Below are positions 8,317 through 16,340 of a stretch of 32,000 nt of DNA, piece by piece. A program made the position numbers and the translations under genes. The stretch is from Corynebacterium glutamicum ATCC 13032 (GTDB taxonomy: Bacteria; Actinomycetota; Actinomycetes; Mycobacteriales; Mycobacteriaceae). The notes below the pieces were generated by a model. That model had not been told where the DNA came from. It was given only the letters and a program-made list of their open reading frames with translations, and did no database searches. The first letter of the stretch is position 1. Every line of letters starts with the position of its first letter. The DNA is taken from the NCBI RefSeq assembly GCF_000011325.1, contig NC_003450.3:1080001-1112000 (forward strand), in the 5' to 3' direction.

Positions 8317-8358
8317 GGCTCTTCCGGTTTTAGAGTGCACTCTAAAACCGGAAGAGCC
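8317..8358. repeat. Perfect 42-bp palindrome made of two ISL3-type terminal inverted repeats with no body between them
   Basis: GGCTCTTCCGGTTTTAGAGTGCACTCTAAAACCGGAAGAGCC. Its first 22 nt are identical to the terminal repeat of the ISL3 remnant at 15371-15392. The flanking 8-mers differ (CGAGTGAT versus ACTAAAAC), so there is no target duplication. Confidence 0.8.
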
Positions 8359-8361
8359 ACT

Positions 8362-9940
8362 AAAACCCCTGTGTCCACTTTCCGGGGGGTGTTCCTATAT
8401 AGGTTGTCAACTCCGTGGGTGAGGTTGCTGGGGGTGTGAAGGGGTTCTGCTTCACGCTGCGGATGTTGTTTTCGGGCATGCTGAAGAGCCGATTGGGCTT
8501 CCTGCACAATCGGCTTCGGGGCTTGTAGGGGCTAGGCCGCTGCGGCCTCCTGGGCTGTGGGGATGTCTCTGTAGAGCTCTCCGCTGCGCATCATGGCGAA
8601 GAGGACGTTGAGGCGTCGGCGTGCGAGCGCGACGACTGCGGCGTTGTGTCTTTTGCCTTCGTTGCGTTTTCGTTCATAGAATTGCCGGGAACGCTCGTGG
8701 AATCTGATCGATGCAAAAGACGACTGCCATAGGGCGTTCTTCAATTTCTTGTTGCCGGCCCGGTTGGGCGAATTCGACATGATCGACGTTCCCGACTGAT
8801 TTGTCTGCGGCGACAGGCCTGCATAGGACGCCAGGTGCGCTGCATCGGGAAAGTCGGACATATCGCCGACGGTCATAAGGATTTGCGCGGCGCTACGTGG
8901 GCCGATGCCGGGCATGGACAAGAGAATCTCGGTCTGAGGAATGTCCTGGATCAGCTCGAGTACCTGGCCTTCAATCTCTTTGCGGTGCTCCAGCTTGGCT
9001 AGTGCATCTTTGGCGGACATTGCTACGCCAAGTTCCGCGTATTCTGCGCCGGCGATGGATACCGTCTGGCCGTGGATCGCAGCAAGCATGGCATCGATAA
9101 CTGGCTCAGGATTACGTGCCCTGTGACCACGTGCGAAAGCTGCCAGCCGTGCTTTGCCGACGCGTCGAATCTTGGTGGGGCCACCGTATTTCGCCAGAAG
9201 GTGGAGAATCCACTTGCGGTGAATCATCTGCCCACGCAGGACATGTTCGAATGCGGGGTAGGTGCCCACGAGCGCGGATTGCATCTGGTTGATCAGGCGT
9301 GTGTAGGCGCGGGCGAGGTCTTCGTCGATACCGTTGAGGACTTTCAGCTGGAGGAAGACTTCCTCAACGCGGTCGACGCTACGCAGGGCATCCGGAAGGT
9401 TGAGGCCGGCATGGGCGATGACATAAGCGTCCCGTACATCGGTCTTGGAGTTGCCGACGTGGATACGTGAAAGTTGTCGCATGGCAAGCCCGGGGAGGTA
9501 GCGAACGTCGGCTCCCATTGCTTGGGCGACTGCGACGGTTAGCCTGCCGATGTTGTTGGGCTGATCGACGACGACAAGGACCTCGGCGTCATTGGCCAGG
9601 AATTTGTCGAAGAGCTTGCGTAGCGAGCCTTCGTGTTGGTTGATGCGTTTGGATAGGACTTGTCTGCCCTGGGGATCGAGGACGCAGGCGTGGTGGAAGT
9701 ATTTGCCGACGTCCATTCCAATGACGAAGTCATAGGCCATGAGTCTGTGCCTCCTAGCGATGAGTAGGGAGTTGGATTATTTACGCTTCATCGCTGGGGT
9801 GGTCGGACATACTTGTGCTGGCATCCACATTACTGTGAGACCTCGTGCCTCCTGGGCCGGGTCAGGTTCCTATTAGCAGTTTGAGTATGTCACTGTCTTC
9901 GGCGGCATCACCCCCCGGATCATTTTCAGACAGGGACAGG
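8362..9940 (-). mobile_element. IS110-family insertion sequence; ends approximate
   Basis: One DEDD-type transposase gene. It is bracketed by an 11-bp perfect inverted repeat, TCCGGGGGGTG 8381-8391 versus CACCCCCCGGA 9909-9919. The repeat extends imperfectly outward (CCCTGTGT 8367-8374 versus the reverse complement of 9927-9934, CCCTGTCT). The size, about 1.58 kb, is typical for the family. Confidence 0.75.
8532..9740 (-). CDS. IS110 family transposase/recombinase (DEDD RuvC-like N-domain plus C-terminal transposase_20 domain)
   Basis: 402 aa. MAYDFVIGMDVGKYFHHACVLD...VVVDQPNNIG...KTDVRDAYVIA...MPGIGPRSAAQIL...LASYAGLSPQTNQSGTS...GNKKLKNALW are hallmark IS110 motifs. Confidence 0.95.
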   Translation of the reverse strand: MAYDFVIGMDVGKYFHHACVLDPQGRQVLSKRINQHEGSLRKLFDKFLANDAEVLVVVDQPNNIGRLTVAVAQAMGADVRYLPGLAMRQLSRIHVGNSKTDVRDAYVIAHAGLNLPDALRSVDRVEEVFLQLKVLNGIDEDLARAYTRLINQMQSALVGTYPAFEHVLRGQMIHRKWILHLLAKYGGPTKIRRVGKARLAAFARGHRARNPEPVIDAMLAAIHGQTVSIAGAEYAELGVAMSAKDALAKLEHRKEIEGQVLELIQDIPQTEILLSMPGIGPRSAAQILMTVGDMSDFPDAAHLASYAGLSPQTNQSGTSIMSNSPNRAGNKKLKNALWQSSFASIRFHERSRQFYERKRNEGKRHNAAVVALARRRLNVLFAMMRSGELYRDIPTAQEAAAA

Positions 9941-10162
9941 AATAAACCATACCGAAGCCAGCGACTAGTTCCACTGTCCTTTCGGACGGCGGGAACGGAC
10001 ATAAACATAGTCCGCCCTCTCGGGTGGACGGACTATGAATCTTCGGTGCCCTGGGGTGGAACTGCTAACAACGTAATGGGCAGGCCCAAAAGAATACTTT
10101 AAAAGGATAAGATTTATATGACAGCCTGATTCACATTGTAAAAGCCCTATTCTCCGTGAAGG

Positions 10163-13100
10163 ATGACGATTGCTGTGAATACGACCAGTCGTTGGCTACT
10201 TGCCAATTCCAGTGACCCCTTGTTGTATCGAGACAGTTCACTGCTGGTTGCTTTGTTGCGTCAGATTGTCTTTGCGTTCGCGTATTTGATTGCTGTAATT
10301 GGCTCATACTCACTGGTATACGGCGATTCGTTAGTCGCAATTGTGTGGCCATCAGTGGGAATCGCTGTGTGGTGGGCCGTGACCTGCAGAAGCTGGAAAA
10401 ACTTCGCCCTGATTTGTGGATACGTGTTTCTAGTCCCAGCCATATACCTGCACTTTTTTGCGGAAACCTCCCTCAGGGGAGTGATTCTGGCAGGAATTGC
10501 GCACGCTATCGCAGGTCCTGGCGTTGCACTGGTTATGGCATTCATGGAAAATGCGCAATTGCCAGAACTGTTGCGTAAACGGCATGCATTCGCACCCTTC
10601 TCCCATATTCGCCTTCCAGGCGATGTATTCCGGCTCCTCGTCGCGGGCATTGTCATGGTCGCAATATCCAAATTGATTGTGATTCTTGCTTATGCACTGG
10701 CAGATTTGCCGTATTCATTCACCCTTTATCTGACGATGGCCCTTCGTGACTTGACTGGCATTATTGTGGTTGCCGGGCCCGGAATTGCACTTTCGACGCC
10801 GCTGGTACTAAATATTCACCGATCAGCATGGCGCGAGTTCGCAGTTGTTATCATAGCTACGGTCGGAGTGCTGGCGCTCATTTTCGGATTTGCTGTGGAT
10901 CTTCCGACGGTCTACTTGGCAATGTTGCCATTGTATTGGAGTGCAACCCGTCTTCCAGTGCTTTTAGCCGTTCTTCATGCGGTGTTTACTTCAGCAATAG
11001 TCGTAATTCTGTATTTCCTATTAGGTACCGGATCTTTTGCGATTACGGATGAATCCATACTGGTGCAGGCAACGACAATTCAGCTTTTTGTTCTGATGTG
11101 TATCTTGTTGTCGCTAGTTGTGTCAACGACAGTCCAGCAGACATCAGCACTGGTTGAAGAGCTAGAGGTGGTAGCGAAGACCCTTCCTGATGCGCTTTTT
11201 ATCGTAAACAAAAATGGAACAGCATTTCCTGTTAACGCAGGCGCGAAAAATTTCGTCAAGCAATCACCGGATGGGCATTATTCCATGCCGAAACTACAGA
11301 ATATAGACGGTGAACCCATGGATGAGAAAGAAAGTCCGAGCAGTATGGCCTTGCGTGGACAAGGTGTCGAAGGAGTATTAGCCAAGTTAGGTGAAGTACT
11401 GGGAGAAGATCCGGACTTGGCGCGTCGAATCTTCGAAATTAGTGCCTCACCGATGTATCTGCGTGGAGAAACTGAACCGGGTCATGCGCTCGTGATTTGG
11501 CATGACAGTACTAATGAGTATTACACGATGCAACAATTGACGCTTGCATATGAAGAATCGCGGCTGCTATTTGAAAAAGCCCCTCAAGGGATTGCCATGC
11601 TGGACCCTTCGGGAGAAATCGTAATGGCGAATCGATCCTTTGGTGACTTGGTGGGAACGACTCCTGTTCGACTCCTAGGACGAAATCTAGAGGATTTCGG
11701 AGTAGAGGAGGGAACCATGGAATACGTGACCCCTGTTCTGTCGGACCCAGAAGCCGTTGTGCACTTAGATCGTTCGCTCGAAACATTGAGAGGTAAACAG
11801 AAAAACGTTGCTATGTCATTTAGCTCGATGGGCAATGTTGGAGGCAGAATCGGAACTTTACTCGTTAATGTTGTCGATGTAACCGAGCGCCAAGAACTCA
11901 TCGAGCTTGTGGAGCATTTGGCGGATCATGACTCCCTGACAGGATTGGTCAATCGCAGGCGGCTGGAATCTGATATCGAAGAGCTTATCCTCAAGAATGA
12001 ACGCGATTCGACCGATAGTGCATTGTTGCTTTTGGATCTGGATTACTTCAAGGAAGTTAATGATTCCCTCGGCCATGAGGCTGGTGACCAGTTGCTTATT
12101 GAGTTTGCTGAGATCCTCAAAGACAGCGTGAGGGATTCCGACATTGTCGGACGCATCGGCGGCGATGAATTCGTTATTGTTTTGCCTGACACAGACAGGG
12201 ATGGCGCTGAAGCAATCGGTATAAGAATTATTGAGTTGGTCAATCAGCACTTCAAAGGCCGAGGAAAAGTGTTATCGCGGGTGTCAGTAAGTATCGGCGG
12301 GACGCTCTTTTCTGATGCTCGTGCCCAAGGTGTGAATCCATTCATTCTTGCTGATCAGCTGCTTTACGATGCTAAGCACGCAGGTAGAAATCGGGTTGCG
12401 GTGCGCAGAGCTGAAAACACCATTGTCCGCTCAGCTAAGCCCGCATTCTCAGTTGAGGAACTTTCGGAGATCCTGGAGTCACATTCTATTCGCCTCGAGC
12501 TGCAGCCGATCCTAGAACTTGAAACAGGTCGGGTGGGTGCAGCCGAAGGTCTGCTCCGAATCAACTTGGATGGCACCGATGTTCCTACGGGGCAGTTTGT
12601 TCAGTCGGTTGAACAGGCCGGGCTAGCCCCGAAGCTTGATATCGCAGTCATGAGAGAAGGAATTAATCATATTGAGAGGCTGAGAGCTGTGTGTCCGACT
12701 TTCAGCCTCGCTTTGAATCTGTCGGGCTATTCTCTGAGCTCGGCGAAAATACGGGAGGAACTAAGAGCCGAATTTAGAGCTCGCGATCTGCCAAGGGGAT
12801 CAATTAGGTTTGAGATTACTGAGACCGCTCCGATTGAAGACATTGACGCGGCAAAAGAGTTTGTGCAGATGTTGAAAGATTTTGGCTTCCACATCGTAAT
12901 CGATGACTTTGGCGCAGGACATGAGCCTTATCAATATCTAAAGAAGTTCGACTTTAGCGTGCTGAAGATTGCAGGTGAATTCATAGAAGGTATGGTCACC
13001 AACCGCGTGGACCGAAGCATCGTCGAATCTATTGCTCAACTTGCTAAGGATGAGGAGATGGAAACTGTCGCCGAGTTTGTTTCAAGCAAGGAGATTTTGG

Positions 13101-13219
13101 AGGCGGTACGAGAGATAGGCGTAACGTACGCCCAGGGTTTCCATATTGGTAAATCTAAGCCGATTGATGAATTTATAGCTACTTATCTCGAGACGAACCA
13201 AACCGCTACCTGGGGGTAG
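10163..13219 (+). CDS. Membrane sensor diguanylate cyclase/phosphodiesterase (MASE1-like 8-10 TM domain, 2 PAS, GGDEF, EAL)
   Basis: 1018 aa. The N-terminal polytopic domain has VAIVWPSVGIAVWWAV (MASE1-like). PAS-like LFEKAPQGIAMLDPSGEIVMANRSF. RIGGDEFVIV with an RDSD I-site 5 residues upstream. EAL domain motifs EITETA, DDFGAGHEPYQYL, LKIAGEF, QGFHIGKSKP. Confidence 0.9.
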   Translation: MTIAVNTTSRWLLANSSDPLLYRDSSLLVALLRQIVFAFAYLIAVIGSYSLVYGDSLVAIVWPSVGIAVWWAVTCRSWKNFALICGYVFLVPAIYLHFFAETSLRGVILAGIAHAIAGPGVALVMAFMENAQLPELLRKRHAFAPFSHIRLPGDVFRLLVAGIVMVAISKLIVILAYALADLPYSFTLYLTMALRDLTGIIVVAGPGIALSTPLVLNIHRSAWREFAVVIIATVGVLALIFGFAVDLPTVYLAMLPLYWSATRLPVLLAVLHAVFTSAIVVILYFLLGTGSFAITDESILVQATTIQLFVLMCILLSLVVSTTVQQTSALVEELEVVAKTLPDALFIVNKNGTAFPVNAGAKNFVKQSPDGHYSMPKLQNIDGEPMDEKESPSSMALRGQGVEGVLAKLGEVLGEDPDLARRIFEISASPMYLRGETEPGHALVIWHDSTNEYYTMQQLTLAYEESRLLFEKAPQGIAMLDPSGEIVMANRSFGDLVGTTPVRLLGRNLEDFGVEEGTMEYVTPVLSDPEAVVHLDRSLETLRGKQKNVAMSFSSMGNVGGRIGTLLVNVVDVTERQELIELVEHLADHDSLTGLVNRRRLESDIEELILKNERDSTDSALLLLDLDYFKEVNDSLGHEAGDQLLIEFAEILKDSVRDSDIVGRIGGDEFVIVLPDTDRDGAEAIGIRIIELVNQHFKGRGKVLSRVSVSIGGTLFSDARAQGVNPFILADQLLYDAKHAGRNRVAVRRAENTIVRSAKPAFSVEELSEILESHSIRLELQPILELETGRVGAAEGLLRINLDGTDVPTGQFVQSVEQAGLAPKLDIAVMREGINHIERLRAVCPTFSLALNLSGYSLSSAKIREELRAEFRARDLPRGSIRFEITETAPIEDIDAAKEFVQMLKDFGFHIVIDDFGAGHEPYQYLKKFDFSVLKIAGEFIEGMVTNRVDRSIVESIAQLAKDEEMETVAEFVSSKEILEAVREIGVTYAQGFHIGKSKPIDEFIATYLETNQTATWG

Positions 13220-13226
13220 GAAGAAT

Positions 13227-14696
13227 ATGAAAAAGAAGAGCTTTCCAATCGCAAGAGTCATCGGTATCGGCGTCCTTGGCATCGCCGGGATGGGAATATT
13301 GTTGCTATGGCTTGCAGTTACCCTGTCTGATCCAGCATCACCGGGTGCCAAAGAAACCGAAGTCTTTGATAGGTGGAAAGTGCTCTTTGATGACTATATT
13401 CCACCAGTCAGGGTATTGGTTGCTGCGATTATCGTTGCATTAATTTTCGTCTTTATCGCTGCCACAGTGGAACGAACCGTAACCAACCGCTACCGAAGCT
13501 CCGTAGACGGCGAAAGAGTGCCATTAGCGCCGAAGATTGTGATGGCAGAAACCCGAGGGGTATTTCATGGACCGATTACCATTAACGTGCTCGTGCCAGC
13601 ACACAATGAGGCGGAAAGAATTACTGGAACAATTCAGGCATTGAAATCACAACATGAGCCTCCAGAACGCATCGTTGTAGTTGCCGATAATTGCACTGAT
13701 GAAACTACGGAATTAGCCCGTGCTGAGGGAGTGGAGGTCTTGGAAACAGTCAATAATAAGTTTAAGAAGGCCGGAGGACTCAATCAGGCTTTGAGCCGGA
13801 TGCTTCCCACATTGGGGGAGAATGACATTGTGATGATCGTTGACGCTGATACAGCACTTGATCAAGGTTTCCTCAAGGAAGCACGGCGCCGCTTTGAGTC
13901 TGATCGCGCTCTAATGGCCGTGGGCGGATTGTTCTACGGTGAGTCAGGCTCCGGATGGCTTGGCCAATATCAGCGCAACGAATACACCCGTTATAGCCGT
14001 GACATCTATCGACGCCGCGGACGTGTGTTTGTTTTGACTGGAACAGCGTCGGCTTTTCGGCCACGCGGCCTGCGGACAGTAGCGGAATCACGCGGGACAT
14101 TGATCCCCGGACGTAAAGGCGATGTTTATGACACCGCGGCGTTGACCGAAGATAATGAGTTGACCCTGGCTTTGAAATCACTCGGAGGGCTTATGGTGTC
14201 ACCCAATGAGTGCTCAGTAGTGACAGAAGTGATGCCGACTTGGAGAGAATTATGGCATCAAAGGCTTCGATGGCAACGCGGTGCGCTGGAAAACCTCGGT
14301 GCTTATGGCATCACACCACAAACGACACGGTATTGGTTCCAGCAGCTGGGAATCGGTTACGGCGCATTAGCCTTGGTCGCCTATTTCGCAGTCATTATCA
14401 TTACGTTTCTCGCCCGCGATCAATGGATCTGGTATCCATTCTGGATGCTGCTGGGACTGTTGTTCATGATTGAACGCGTGCTAACGGTGTGGAGATCCAC
14501 ATGGTTTGCCAGGTTTGTTGCTGCGTTATTAATCCCAGAGCTCATCTACGCCAGCTATCTCAACCTGGTATTTCTCAAAGGCGTTGTGGATATTCTATTG
14601 GCCAAGCAAGCTCACTGGGGTGAGCATGGTGACAAGACAATGCAGGTAGCCGATGCAGCTGCCGAAATTAACGATGAAGGGGAGGAACGCCGATGA
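13227..14696 (+). CDS. Membrane-embedded processive family-2 glycosyltransferase (PgaC/IcaA/NodC/cellulose-synthase-like polysaccharide synthase)
   Basis: 489 aa. Two N-terminal TM helices. VLVPAHNE, VVVADNCTDET, IVDADT (DxD), LTEDNELT (TED), HQRLRWQRGALE (QxxRW), then 3-4 C-terminal TM helices. The start is 8 nt after the sensor gene stop, with AGGAAG as RBS. Confidence 0.9.
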   Translation: MKKKSFPIARVIGIGVLGIAGMGILLLWLAVTLSDPASPGAKETEVFDRWKVLFDDYIPPVRVLVAAIIVALIFVFIAATVERTVTNRYRSSVDGERVPLAPKIVMAETRGVFHGPITINVLVPAHNEAERITGTIQALKSQHEPPERIVVVADNCTDETTELARAEGVEVLETVNNKFKKAGGLNQALSRMLPTLGENDIVMIVDADTALDQGFLKEARRRFESDRALMAVGGLFYGESGSGWLGQYQRNEYTRYSRDIYRRRGRVFVLTGTASAFRPRGLRTVAESRGTLIPGRKGDVYDTAALTEDNELTLALKSLGGLMVSPNECSVVTEVMPTWRELWHQRLRWQRGALENLGAYGITPQTTRYWFQQLGIGYGALALVAYFAVIIITFLARDQWIWYPFWMLLGLLFMIERVLTVWRSTWFARFVAALLIPELIYASYLNLVFLKGVVDILLAKQAHWGEHGDKTMQVADAAAEINDEGEERR

Positions 14697-14914
14697 TCTT
14701 TTCAGAAGAGATTCTCCATACCGACTGGTTCGCAGCACTTGCTGCTTTCGTCGCGATTAACACAACAATCTATGTGGTTCTTGCTATTGCCAAGACGCTG
14801 CCGAAGATTTATGTCACTGACTACTTACCGCGGAATTATGAGCGTGCTGAGACACGCAGCATTTATCCAGACGTTGAAGAACCGAAAAGGAAGAAGTCTG
14901 AGAAGAAGGATTAG
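14693..14914 (+). CDS. Small (73 aa) single-TM protein with a Lys/Glu-rich tail, translationally coupled to the glycosyltransferase
   Basis: ATGA start/stop overlap with the upstream gene and GGAGGA 6 nt upstream. TM segment WFAALAAFVAINTTIYVVLAIA. I recognise no family. Confidence 0.6.
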   Translation: MIFSEEILHTDWFAALAAFVAINTTIYVVLAIAKTLPKIYVTDYLPRNYERAETRSIYPDVEEPKRKKSEKKD

Positions 14915-15051
14915 GGCGGATAACGAATGCGCACGGCTTCAACCATTGTTTAGGCAACTCCCGACGATAATTCAGGTACCTCGTTCCTTCAATTTGAGGT
15001 CGTCGTTCGACTAGGTAGCAAGCAGTAGATTGAGTCCATTAGAGGGTTGAG

Positions 15052-15370
15052 ATGGCTACTTCGGCACTGAAATTTTTGCTGCTTGGGTTTGGCGCGATTG
15101 GTCGCCAACTTGTTACGCTCTTCGACGAGGGAGAGTTTGGAGTCGAGGCGTTTACCCGTGCTGTCTCCCCACACATTGCGCATGGGACTTTGGGAATTGA
15201 GCTGTATGACGACCAACTGCCCAAGCTCATCGCAGACAGCGGCAGTGTGGTCGAAGTAGCACACGGCAAGGATCTCGTTCTGACGTCGGTGGGCGCGCTA
15301 GCTGAGCAGGTCGTGCGACAAGCGCTACTTGTAGGTTCCGGGAAAGTGCACGTGACTTCGGGCGCAATCG
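15052..15370 (+). pseudogene. Aspartate-dehydrogenase-like (NAD-binding, DUF108-type) gene, 3'-truncated by the ISL3 end
   Basis: LLLGFGAIGRQL Rossmann start ...LTSVGALAEQ...VHVTSGAIG. The reading frame then runs straight into the ISL3 terminal repeat at 15371, and the remainder of the gene is absent. Confidence 0.6.
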
Positions 15371-16340
15371 GGCTCTTCCGGTTTTAGAGTGCGTTGATTT
15401 TGTGGGTGAGTTGTCCGGAGTGGATGAGACAGTGCAGGATGTAGTGGTTGAGGTTGCGAAATCCTAGGGCGATTCCGCGGAGGTGTTCGAGTCGTCCGTT
15501 GATTGCTTCTACGGGTCCGTTAGAGATTCCGACATCGAAATACGCCAGGATGTCACCGAGGCGTTTGTGTAGGCTGCGGCCTAGTTGTGCAAGTTCTCGA
15601 TTCGCTTGTCCTTTCAGTAGCCGCATCTGGTCAACAATCTCGCGCATCATGGTCTTTGCGCGGCGTTTATCGGCCATGTTGTATCAGTCAATAATGCCTT
15701 GATACGCCTGCCACATCAGTTGCAGTGCCGCGTAGTCTTTATCAAAGCTAAACAACTCATCAAGACGCTTTGCTTTTTCTTACTCAACCATTTTTGCGTG
15801 GTCAGCAAGGTTTTCCGGTTCTTATACAACGGGTCATCATGCAAACCCCGCCGGTGGTATTTTTCCTGCTGCAAACGTTGTCGGCATCGGGTGAGTTTAT
15901 CGCCGGCGAGGAGTACCACGTGGAAAGGATCCATGACTCGGCGTGCGGCGGGCAGAAGTTGTTTGCTGGTTGTGGCATAGCCTTGGAATCCATCCATAGT
16001 TACAATGCGTACTTGGTGTCGAAATGCTGGGCTTCGGCGTGCAAGCCACGCCCGCAACGCATCAGCACTGCGGCCTTCGACTACATCAAGCAACCTCGCT
16101 GGGGACGTGGCATCGCGGTGGAAGGCTGGTCATATTAACAATGACGGTGACATAGCCATCACCATGTTTTAATCGGTTATGAGATCATTTGTGCTCATCG
16201 ACGCCAATAACGTGCACAATTTCTAGGTGGGTGGGGTCGTAGTAGATGAGTTCGTGGCACATATCTAGGGCTAGTTGGCAGGTGAGATCCCAGCCTAGAC
16301 CGAGGGCTTTCGCGGTTGCTGCGATACTCATACGGTCGAT
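15371..16340 (-). mobile_element. ISL3-family insertion sequence remnant (IS31831-like); one end intact, the other deleted
   Basis: Terminal repeat GGCTCTTCCGGTTTTAGAGTGC at 15371-15392. Transposase fragments lie on the minus strand in three frames. The N-terminal third of the transposase (about 125 aa) and the second terminal repeat are missing. Confidence 0.85.
15384..16335 (-). pseudogene. ISL3 family transposase, multiply disrupted
   Basis: Fragments: RLDIDRMSIAATAKALGLGWD...VIGVDEHKW; (frameshift near 16095) LLDVVEGRSADALRAWL...MDGFQGY...MDPFHVV; (frameshift in an A-run near 15775) ...LQLMWQAYQGIID; TGA at 15684-15686 where Trp is expected; then YNMADKRR...SNGPVEAINGRLEHLRGIALGFRNLNHYILHCLIHSGQL. 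Confidence 0.85.

Noticed and set aside
8381-8398. Contiguous 18-mer TCCGGGGGGTGTTCCTAT, whose two halves match the 5' non-coding end (one half in inverted, one in direct orientation), read as an intact bridge-RNA target site
   Set aside because: The inverted half extends into a longer imperfect terminal inverted repeat (8367-8391 versus 9909-9935). It is therefore more simply the IS end itself. The idea is kept only as a secondary possibility under the IS110 finding.
9845-10102. 85-aa ORF upstream of the IS110 transposase
   Set aside because: It spans the inferred IS boundary and the hairpin-rich spacer, and it is Pro/Ser/Gly-rich with no RBS. It is more likely non-coding structured DNA or RNA.
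10085-10162. Possible c-di-GMP riboswitch upstream of the GGDEF-EAL gene
   Set aside because: Only about 78 nt of AT-rich leader is available, which is too short, and it lacks the paired-helix GEMM architecture.
15384-16093. ORFs 15384-15677 and 15716-16093 as two independent genes
   Set aside because: They are consecutive fragments of one ISL3 transposase, separated by a frameshift and a TGA. I annotated them as a single pseudogene.
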